Part shown: positions 1 through 10,000 of the stretch, in pieces
How positions within the stretch are numbered: position 1 is the stretch's first letter
Layout: each line of letters begins with the position of its first letter
NCBI GenBank assembly: GCA_964057225.1
Contig: OZ059897.1
Coordinates: forward strand, 22,196,001 to 22,260,000
Origin: Auanema rhodensis
Lineage: Eukaryota; Animalia; Nematoda
Direction: 5' to 3'
Length of the DNA stretch: 64,000 nucleotides
Program-made: the position numbers and the translations under genes
The notes under the pieces: model-generated
Databases searched by the model: none
Seen by the model: the letters and a program-made list of their open reading frames with translations, nothing else
Told to the model about the DNA's origin: nothing

Positions 1-1269
1 GAAAACAGATGCTTTATCGCTGTCGGATGAGTACGTGTTGTTTTCACATTTAATGGTGGGGATATCTGAAGTGCATGCTCCAAGACGAGCTCTGCAAAAT
101 TGATAGAAAATTCTAGGGTTGTTGAGAGCTGCGGTTTTCTCTTCTTCAGAAGCAGATTTAAGTTTCAGAAGTCTATCAAGCTTGATAGTCAGTTTTTTGC
201 GATGAAGTTCGTCTCGAGGGCAGATAGATGAACTAAGTCTGCTGATAAAACTAGAAAGACTAGCAATTTCTTTATCGATTTTGTTCTTTCGTTTTGGCTG
301 CTTATAGGGAACAAACCTGTTAATGACAGAGTGAATAATTTCGATAAATTTTGTGTAGGAGTCCAGAGGAGTAAGAACGGAAAGTTCCGTAGCAAAGTCG
401 ATGCTGGCAAGGTGGTGGTTAATTATGTTGTAATCCGCCCGAAGAAAATTGAGTTGAGCAAAGTTTGGTAAAGAAGAATTGATAGGTGAAACAACGGGAG
501 GAAGAGACAAATCCGATCTGACAGAGTTGCTGAGTATAGAAAAAATGACAGAGTAGTGGTCGGAGTTACCTAAAGGAGAGGAACGGACTATGTTACTGAC
601 CATAGTAGAATTATTTGTGATGATGTAGTCGAGAATATATTTTCCACGGGTAGGAAAATTTACCAGCTGATCCGAACAGCTATCTTTCAAAAATTGAAAA
701 ATAGATCCACTGGAGGGGGACGGGCGGGAAGATTCAGAAAGATCCCAGTTGATGTAGGGAAAATTTAAATCACCTGTGATGAGGAATGAACGGTTTTTTA
801 TATGGCCAGTAAGATCTGAAAGATAATGAGAAAAATCGGAATGAAGAGAAGAGGGAGAGCGGTAACAAACCGAAAAAACTGTGTTGATAGAAGAGATGAG
901 TATGTTGATGAATTGGACGGAAGAAGATTGAGAAGAACAAGAAAGTAAGGTAGAGTTAATAGATTTTTTGATGAAGATAAGAGTGCCGCCGCCACGGGCT
1001 GTACACTTGTCGGCTCTGAATAGATTGTAATAGTTACCGAGCGGAATATGATTAGAGTTGAAATTGGGAAAAAGCCAGGATTCTGATATCGCAATGATAT
1101 CAGGAGATGAAATACTATGGATAGTAGTAAGAAAATGAAATTTGTTGAGAATAGAGCGTGCATTATAACAATGAACAGAAAAATTAACAGGGACACAGGA
1201 ACTGGACGTAGTTGACGGTTGTGAAGCCTTAACGAAATAACCTGTTCGTATCAGACTCAGGTTGAGATG
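1..1269 (-). CDS. LINE ORF2, partial: apurinic/apyrimidinic-like (APE/EEP) endonuclease plus linker preceding the reverse transcriptase; continues beyond position 1
   Basis: Hand translation of the minus frame whose codons start at positions divisible by 3 gives 423 stop-free codons after the TAA at 1272-1270. APE motifs appear in order: CYNARSILNK, PDIIAISESWL, FRAD..RGGGTLIFIK, VCYRSP, ITGDLNFPYINW (from 780), PTRGKYILDY, LGNSDH (~570-555). The first in-frame ATG is at 603-601, so the true start is uncertain; 1269 is simply the first codon after the upstream stop. Confidence 0.92.
1229..1240 (-). promoter_or_regulatory. Candidate +1 programmed ribosomal frameshift site UUA_UUU_CGU_UAA at the ORF1/ORF2 overlap
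   Basis: In the ORF1 frame: TTA(1240) TTT(1237) CGT(1234) TAA(1231). Shifting +1 gives TTC GTT AAG GCT, which is the ORF2 frame. ORF2 has no AUG before the endonuclease motifs. Confidence 0.45.
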
Positions 1270-2284
1270 TTATATTAGAACCGCTTTTAGATCTGGTATG
1301 GTACTCGGAATTGGTTTCAGTACAGCGTGGGGGATTTTTCCTCTTTCTGGGGCTGATTGAAAATCTCTCAACCGTAGAAAGAGGTTTGGATCTACCTGCT
1401 GAACGGTTATTCCTACCAGATTTAGAAGGCGGACTGGCTATTACAACAGTGTCGGACACAGACGGACAAGGAACGATAGGGTCATTTTGGACCACAGGAC
1501 AGAGACTGGAGACATTTTGAGAAGCATTAATGTTTGAGAGAACATGAATAGAGGGTGAAGTTGATTTACGAAGAACCTTGATAAGTTTAAGGTCGCGTAC
1601 AAGGTAAATTGATTCATTATTGTCCAGATTTTTATTTTTAGCTTCCTCACGAAGTTTTTTTTCTATTTCTACCTCGAAAGGAAGATAGTCGCGGCGAATA
1701 AAAGTTTTTGACAAACAAGCAAAGCATTTCGCTTTGTTGGACTTAATGATATCAATAATTTTGTCACGTAAATCAACTGTTGAACATGAAATTACAAGAG
1801 GACCAAGAGATTTAGATTTTAGAGTTGAACGGGTTATAGTAATTTGGTTGCTGTTAATGAGAGAAGTCAAAGTAGAGTCGTTAGATTTTTCAACGACAAG
1901 TTTTAGGAGAGAAGTGGGGTCCGAGGGTAGTTCGGATGAGTCGTGGGGAACACGAAACCACACCGCTCTATTCAAACGATAGGAAAACTTTGACTCCTCA
2001 GATCTAACTTTTTGAACCTGACACAGAACAGTAGAAGAGGATGATTGAGAGGTAGAAGTAACAATAGATTTTGATACATTAAGAAATTTCTTTTCTAAAC
2101 CCTCAATACGTAACTTGAAATCGTCTTCGAGATTTTTAATACGCATTTCATTAACCGCAACATTGGTTTTAATGTTGTTCAGCTCGTTTTTAATTTCAGC
2201 AGAAAGTTGTGAAAAAGAATCACGAAGAGATTTGGAAAGAACATCAAGTGTTTCAGTAAAAAAATCTTTTGTTACAACTGACAT
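1229..2284 (-). CDS. LINE ORF1 protein (351 aa): N-terminal coiled coil, RRM/CTD-like nucleic-acid-binding region, basic Ser/Pro-rich disordered tail
   Basis: ATG at 2284 is the first AUG downstream of the element 5' end; TAA at 1231-1229. Heptad-like segment LSAEIKNELNNIKTNVAVNEMRIKNLEDDFKLRIEGLEKKF. Motifs NRAVWFRVP, GPLVIS..RDKII and FIRRDY..E..LREEA..N....YLVRDLKL resemble L1/CR1-type ORF1p (recognised from memory, not a database hit). Lies directly upstream of the APE ORF. Confidence 0.88.
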   Translation of the reverse strand: MSVVTKDFFTETLDVLSKSLRDSFSQLSAEIKNELNNIKTNVAVNEMRIKNLEDDFKLRIEGLEKKFLNVSKSIVTSTSQSSSSTVLCQVQKVRSEESKFSYRLNRAVWFRVPHDSSELPSDPTSLLKLVVEKSNDSTLTSLINSNQITITRSTLKSKSLGPLVISCSTVDLRDKIIDIIKSNKAKCFACLSKTFIRRDYLPFEVEIEKKLREEAKNKNLDNNESIYLVRDLKLIKVLRKSTSPSIHVLSNINASQNVSSLCPVVQNDPIVPCPSVSDTVVIASPPSKSGRNNRSAGRSKPLSTVERFSISPRKRKNPPRCTETNSEYHTRSKSGSNITSQPESDTNRLFR

Positions 2285-2508
2285 GATAATATTGAAAAAA
2301 AAAGTGAATGAAAATAGGAAAAATAGAGAGATAAAAACAAGTGAAAATGGAGAAAAGATAGGTGATAAAAATGAGAAAGATAAGTAAAAAAGTGAGTAAT
2401 GGACAAGAAAGAATAAATGAAAAAAAATTAGAATAAATGTATAAAAACAGGAAAAAGTAGTGTACCTTGAAAAAAAAACCAGTCCGGCGTAAACTTGAAC
2501 AGCAGCTG
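2285..2508 (-). promoter_or_regulatory. LINE 5' UTR (224 nt), presumed to carry an internal promoter
   Basis: Lies between the satellite junction and the ORF1 ATG, with no upstream AUG. The sense strand begins CAGCTGCTGTTCAAG and then becomes U-rich, with only 3 G in 2460-2285. Promoter activity is inferred from general LINE biology. Confidence 0.6.
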
Positions 2509-4092
2509 ATGCTAATTAAATGTACACGTGATGTGCACTTGGTATGTAACTCGCTTCACGTGAAAGATAAAGAGATGCGGTTTTCAAAATTAGATTCCCC
2601 ATGTCCATATTAGTCTAAAAACAAATTTTTATTGATATTGGTTCATGGTAACCATGACTTTGAAATTTACGTGAACTTTAATTTATGCTAATTAAATGTA
2701 CACGTGATGTGCACTTGGTATGTAACTCGCTTCACGTGAAAGATAAAGAGATGCGGTTTTCAAAATTAGATTCCCCATGTCCATATTAGTCTAAAAACAA
2801 ATTTTTATCGATATTGGTGCATGGTAACCATGACTTTGAAATTTACGTGAACTTTAATTTATGCTAATTAAATGTACACGTGATGTGCACTTGGTATGTA
2901 ACTCGCTTCACGTGAAAGATAAAGAGATGCGGTTTTCAAAATTAGATTCCCCATATCCATATTAGTTTAAAAACAAATTTTTATTGATATTGGTGCATGG
3001 TAACCATGACTTTGAAATTTACGTGAACTTTAATTTATGCTAATTAAATGTACACGTGATGGGCACTTGGTATGTAACTCGCTTCACGTGAAAGATAAAG
3101 AGATGCGGTTTTCAAAATTAGATTCCCCATGTCCATATTAGTCTAAAAACAAATTTTTATTGATATTGGTTCATGGTAACCATGACTTTGAAATTTACGT
3201 GAACTTTAATTTATGCTAATTAAATGTACACGTGATGTGCACTTGGTATGTAACTCGCTTCACGTGAAAGATAAAGAGATGCGGTTTTCAAAATTAGATT
3301 CCCCATGTCCATATTAGTCTAAAAACAAATTTTTATTGATATTGGTGCATGGTAACCATGACTTTGAAATTTACGTGAACTTTAATTTATGCTAATTAAA
3401 TGTACACGTGATGTGCACTTGGTATGTAACTCGCTTCACGTGAAAGATAAAGAGATGCGGTTTTCAAAATTAGATTCCCCATGTCCATATTAGTCTAAAA
3501 ACAAATTTTTATTGATATTGGTTCATGGTAACCATGACTTTGAAATTTACGTGAACTTTAATTTATGCTAATTAAATGTACACGTGATGTGCACTTGGTA
3601 TGTAACTCGCTTCACGTGAAAGATAAAGAGATGCGGTTTTCAAAATTAGATTCCCCATGTCCATATTAGTCTAAAAACAAATTTTTATCGATATTGGTGC
3701 ATGGTAACCATGACTTTGAAATTTACGTGAACTTTAATTTATGCTAATTAAATGTACACGTGATGTGCACTTGGTATGTAACTCGCTTCACGTGAAAGAT
3801 AAAGAGATGCGGTTTTCAAAATTAGATTCCCCATATCCATATTAGTTTAAAAACAAATTTTTATTGATATTGGTGCATGGTAACCATGACTTTGAAATTT
3901 ACGTGAACTTTAATTTATGCTAATTAAATGTACACGTGATGGGCACTTGGTATGTAACTCGCTTCACGTGAAAGATAAAGAGATGCGGTTTTCAAAATTA
4001 GATTCCCCATGTCCATATTAGTCTAAAAACAAATTTTTATTGATATTGGTTCATGGTAACCATGACTTTGAAATTTACGTGAACTTTAATTT
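2509..4092. repeat. Junction-proximal higher-order duplication, 880-bp (5-monomer) period
   Basis: The variants tatcg (2809/3689), ccatatcc plus gttta (monomers 2861/3741) and gggcac (3062/3942) each recur 880 bp apart. Confidence 0.8.
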
Positions 4093-7000
4093 ATGCTAAT
4101 TAAATGTACACGTGATGTGCACTTGGTATGTAACTCGCTTCACGTGAAAGATAAAGAGATGCGGTTTTCAAAATTAGATTCCCCATGTCCATATTAGTCT
4201 AAAAACAAATTTTTATTGATATTGGTTCATGGTAACCATGACTTTGAAATTTACGTGAACTTTAATTTATGCTAATTAAATGTACACGTGATGTGCACTT
4301 GGTATGTAACTCGCTTCACGTGAAAGATAAAGAGATGCGGTTTTCAAAATTAGATTCCCCATGTCCATATTAGTCTAAAAACAAATTTTTATCGATATTG
4401 GTGCATGGTAACCATGACTTTGAAATTTACGTGAACTTTAATTTATGCTAATTAAATGTACACGTGATGTGCACTTGGTATGTAACTCGCTTCACGTGAA
4501 AGATAAAGAGATGCGGTTTTCAAAATTAGATTCCCCATGTCCATATTAGTTTAAAAACAAATTTTTATTGATATTGGTGCATGGTAACCATGACTTTGAA
4601 ATTTACGTGAACTTTAATTTATGCTAATTAAATGTACACGTGATGTGCACTTGGTATGTAACTCGCTTCACGTGAAAGATAAAGAGATGCGGTTTTCAAA
4701 ATTAGATTCCCCATGTCCATATTAGTCTAAAAACAAATTTTTATTGATATTGGTTCATGGTAACCATGACTTTGAAATTTACGTGAACTTTAATTTATGC
4801 TAATTAAATGTACACGTGATGTGCACTTAGTATGTAGCTCGCTTCACGTGAAAGATAAAGAGATGCGGTTTTCAAAATTAGATTCCCCATGTCCATATTA
4901 GTCTAAAAACAAATTTTTATTGATATTGGTGCATGGTAACCATGACTTTGAAAGTTACGTGAACTTTAATTTATGCTAATTAAATGTACACGTGATGTGC
5001 ACTTAGTATGTAGCTCGCTTCACGTGAAAGATAAAGAGATGCGGTTTTCAAAATTAGATTCCCCATGTCCATATTAGTCGAAAAACAAATTTTTATTGAT
5101 ATTGGTTCATGGTAACCATGACTTTGAAATTTACGTGAACTTTAATTTATGCTAATTAAATGTACACGTGATGTGCACTTGGTATGTAACTCGCTTCACG
5201 TGAAAGATAAAGAGATGCGGTTTTCAAAATTAGATTCCCCATGTCCATATTAGTCGAAAAACAAATTTTTATTGATATTGGTTCATGGTAACCATGACTT
5301 TGAAATTTACGTGAACTTTAATTTATGCTAATTAAATGTACACGTGATGTGCACTTGGTATGTAACTCGCTTCACGTGAAAGATGAAGAGATGCGGTTTT
5401 CAAAATTAGATTCCCCATGTCCATATTAGTCTAAAAACAAATTTTTATTGATATTGGTGCATGGTAACCATGACTTTGAAATTTACGTGAACTTTAATTT
5501 ATGCTAATTAAATGTACACGTGATGTGCACTTGGTATGTAACTCGCTTCACGTGAAAGATAAAGAGATGCGGTTTTCAAAATTAGATTCCCCATGTCCAT
5601 ATTAGTCTAAAAACAAATTTTTATTGATATTGGTTCATGGTAACCATGACTTTGAAATTTACGTGAACTTTAATTTATGCTAATTAAATGTACACGTGAT
5701 GTGCACTTGGTATGTAACTCGCTTCACGTGAAAGATAAAGAGATGCGGTTTTCAAAATTAGATTCCCCATGTCCATATTAGTCTAAAAACAAATTTTTAT
5801 TGATATTGGTGCATGGTAACCATGACTTTGAAAGTTACGTGAACTTTAATTTATGCTAATTAAATGTACACGTGATGTTCTCTTGGTATGTAACTCGCTT
5901 CACGTGAAAGATAAAGAGATGCGGTTTTCAAAATTAGATTCCCCATGTCCATATTAGTTTAAAAACAAATTTTTATTGATATTGGTGCATGGTAACCATG
6001 ACTTTGAAATTTACGTGAACTTTAATTTATGCTAATTAAATGTACACGTGATGTGCACTTAGTATGTAGCTCGCTTCACGTGAAAGATAAAGAGATGCGG
6101 TTTTCAAAATTAGATTCCCCATGTCCATATTAGTCGAAAAACAAATTTTTATTGATATTGGTTCATGGTAACCATGACTTTGAAATTTACGTGAACTTTA
6201 ATTTATGCTAATTAAATGTACACGTGATGTGCACTTGGTATGTAACTCGCTTCACGTGAAAGATGAAGAGATGCGGTTTTCAAAATTAGATTCCCCATGT
6301 CCATATTAGTCTAAAAACAAATTTTTATTGATATTGGTGCATGGTAACCATGACTTTGAAATTTACGTGAACTTTAATTTATGCTAATTAAATGTACACG
6401 TGATGTGCACTTGGTATGTAACTCGCTTCACGTGAAAGATAAAGAGATGCTGTTTTCAAAATTAGATTCCCCATGTCCATATTAGTCGAAAAACAAATTT
6501 TTATTGATATTGGTTCATGGTAACCATGACTTTGAAATTTACGTGAACTTTAATTTATGCTAATTAAATGTACACGTGATGTGCACTTGGTATGTAACTC
6601 GCTTCACGTGAAAGATGAAGAGATGCGGTTTTCAAAATTAGATTCCCCATGTCCATATTAGTCTAAAAACAAATTTTTATTGATATTGGTGCATGGTAAC
6701 CATGACTTTGAAAGTTACGTGAACTTTAATTTATGCTAATTAAATGTACACGTGATGTTCACTTGGTATGTAACTCGCTTCACGTGAAAGATAAAGAGAT
6801 GCGGTTTTCAAAATTAGATTCCCCATGTCCATATTAGTTTAAAAACAAATTTTTATTGATATTGGTGCATGGTAACCATGACTTTGAAATTTACGTGAAC
6901 TTTAATTTATGCTAATTAAATGTACACGTGATGTGCACTTAGTATGTAGCTCGCTTCACGTGAAAGATAAAGAGATGCGGTTTTCAAAATTAGATTCCCC

Positions 7001-10000
7001 ATGTCCATATTAGTCGAAAAACAAATTTTTATTGATATTGGTTCATGGTAACCATGACTTTGAAATTTACGTGAACTTTAATTTATGCTAATTAAATGTA
7101 CACGTGATGTGCACTTGGTATGTAACTCGCTTCACGTGAAAGATGAAGAGATGCGGTTTTCAAAATTAGATTCCCCATGTCCATATTAGTCTAAAAACAA
7201 ATTTTTATTGATATTGGTGCATGGTAACCATGACTTTGAAATTTACGTGAACTTTAATTTATGCTAATTAAATGTACACGTGATGTGCACTTGGTATGTA
7301 ACTCGCTTCACGTGAAAGATAAAGAGATGCGGTTTTCAAAATTAGATTCCCCATGTCCATATTAGTCTAAAAACAAATTTTTATTGATATTGGTTCATGG
7401 TAACCATGACTTTGAAATTTACGTGAACTTTAATTTATGCTAATTAAATGTACACGTGATGTGCACTTAGTATGTAGCTCGCTTCACGTGAAAGATAAAG
7501 AGATGCGGTTTTCAAAATTAGATTCCCCATGTCCATATTAGTCTAAAAACAAATTTTTATTGATATTGGTGCATGGTAACCATGACTTTGAAAGTTACGT
7601 GAACTTTAATTTATGCTAATTAAATGTACACGTGATGTGCACTTGGTATGTAACTCGCTTCACGTGAAAGATAAAGAGATGCGGTTTTCAAAATTAGATT
7701 CCCCATGTCCATATTAGTTTAAAAACAAATTTTTATTGATATTGGTGCATGGTAACCATGACTTTGAAATTTACGTGAACTTTAATTTATGCTAATTAAA
7801 TGTACACGTGATGTGCACTTGGTATGTAACTCGCTTCACGTGAAAGATAAAGAGATGCGGTTTTCAAAATTAGATTCCCCATGTCCATATTAGTCTAAAA
7901 ACAAATTTTTATTGATATTGGTTCATGGTAACCATGACTTTGAAATTTACGTGAACTTTAATTTATGCTAATTAAATGTACACGTGATGTGCACTTGGTA
8001 TGTAACTCGCTTCACGTGAAAGATAAAGAGATGCGGTTTTCAAAATTAGATTCCCCATGTCCATATTAGTCTAAAAACAAATTTTTATTGATATTGGTGC
8101 ATGGTAACCATGACTTTGAAATTTACGTGAACTTTAATTTATGCTAATTAAATGTACACGTGATGTGCACTTGGTATGTAACTCGCTTCACGTGAAAGAT
8201 AAAGAGATGCGGTTTTCAAAATTAGATTCCCCATGTCCATATTAGTCTAAAAACAAATTTTTATTGATATTGGTTCATGGTAACCATGACTTTGAAATTT
8301 ACGTGAACTTTAATTTATGCTAATTAAATGTACACGTGATGTGCACTTGGTATGTAACTCGCTTCACGTGAAAGATAAAGAGATGCGGTTTCCAAAATTA
8401 GATTCCCCATGTCCATATTAGTCTAAAAACAAATTTTTATTGATATTGGTGCATGGTAACCATGACTTTGAAATTTACGTGAACTTTAATTTATGCTAAT
8501 TAAATGTACACGTGATGTGCACTTAGTATGTAACTCGCTTCACGTGAAAGATAAAGAGATGCGGTTTTCAAAATTAGATTCCCCATGTCCATATTAGTCT
8601 AAAAACAAATTTTTATTGATATTGGTGCATGGTAACCATGACTTTGAAAGTTACGTGAATTTTAATTTATGCTAATTAAATGTACACGTGATGTGCACTT
8701 CGTATGTAACTCGCTTCACGTGAAAGATAAAGAGATGCGGTTTTCAAAATTAGATTCCCCATGTCCATATTAGTCTAAAAACAAATTTTTATTGATGTTG
8801 GTTCATGGTAACCATGACTTTGAAATTTACGTGAACTTTAATTTATGCTAATTAAATGTACACGTGATGTGCACTTGGTATGTAACTCGCTTCACTTGAA
8901 AGATAAAGAGATGCGGTTTTCAAAATTAGATTCCCTATGTCCATATTGGTCTAAAAACAAATTTTTATTGATATTGGTGCATGGTAACCATGACTTTGAA
9001 ATTTACGTGAACTTCAATTTATGCTAATCAAATGTACACGTGATGTGCACTTGGTATGTAACTCGCTTCACGTGAAAGATGAAGAGATGCGGTTTGCAAA
9101 ATTAGATTCCCCATATCCATATTAGTCTAAAAACAAATTTTTATTGACATTGGTGCATGGTAACCATGACTTTGAAATTTACGTGAACTTTAATTTATGC
9201 TAATTAAATGTACACGTGATGTGCACTTGGTATGTAACTCGCTTCACGTGAAAGATAAAGAGATGCGGTTTTCAAAATTAGATTCCCCATGTCCATATTA
9301 GTCTAAAAACAAATTTTTATTGATATTGGTGCATGGTAACCATGACTTTGAAATTTACGTGAACTTTAATTTATGCTAATTAAATGTACACGTGATGTGC
9401 ACTTGGTATGTAACTCGCTTCACGTGAAAGATAAAGAGATGCGGTTTTCAAAATTAGATTCCCCATGTCCATATTAGTCTAAAAACAAATTTTTATTGAT
9501 ATTGGTTCATGGTAACCATGACTTTGAAATTTACGTGAACTTTAATTTATGCTAATTAAATGTACACGTGATGTGCACTTGGTATGTAACTCGCTTCACG
9601 TGAAAGATAAAGAGATGCGGTTTTCAAAATTAGATTCCCCATGTCCATATTAGTCTAAAAACAAATTTTTATTGATATTGGTTCATGGTAACCATGACTT
9701 TGAAATTTACGTGAACTTTAATTTATGCTAATTAAATGTACACGTGATGTGCACTTGGTATGTAACTCGCTTCACGTGAAAGATAAAGAGATGCGGTTTT
9801 CAAAATTAGATTCCCCATGTCCATATTAGTCTAAAAACAAATTTTTATTGATACTGGTGCATGGTAACCATGACTTTGAAATTTACGTGAACTTTAATTT
9901 ATGCTAATTAAATGTACACGTGATGTGCACTTGGTATGTAACTCGCTTCACGTGAAAGATGAAGAGATGCGGTTTTCAAAATTAGATTCCGCATGTCCAT

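Larger units (their letters stand above)
1..2508 (-). mobile_element. Non-LTR retrotransposon (LINE), CR1-like clade; 5' part of an apparently full-length copy, 3' part (RT, 3' UTR) outside the window
   Basis: Minus-strand order is 5' UTR (2508-2285), ORF1 (2284-1229), then ORF2 with APE endonuclease motifs (1269 to <1). CR1-type signatures: QLVNFPTRGKYILDYIITN, PLGNSDH, NFLRADY, NNPRIFYQF, SDSDKASVF. Sharp junction with the satellite at 2508/2509. Confidence 0.93.

Noticed and set aside
189-1196. ORFs 189-410 (-) and 798-1196 (-), the latter looking like a membrane protein
   Set aside because: These are alternative-frame shadows of the real ORF2. Their hydrophobicity reflects the T/C-rich sense strand.
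1311-2387. Short ORFs 1311-1520 (+), 1441-1650 (-), 1734-1982 (+), 2115-2387 (+)
   Set aside because: They overlap ORF1 or the UTR in antisense or alternative frames, have no recognisable motifs, and are explained by composition.
2285-2478. Intron or trans-splice acceptor in the 5' UTR (AAG|GTACAC at 2465 followed by a pyrimidine tract)
   Set aside because: There is no AG dinucleotide on the sense strand between 2465 and the ORF1 ATG, and TTTTCAAG does not match the canonical nematode TTTTCAG acceptor.
2509-2691. Satellite as a tandem peptide gene read through TAG or using an alternative genetic code, given that the LINE junction falls exactly at its ATG
   Set aside because: 176 is not a multiple of 3, variants show no evident synonymous bias, and the adjacent LINE ORFs contain no in-frame TAG/TAA that would suggest reassignment. 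The ATG at the junction is most simply coincidence.
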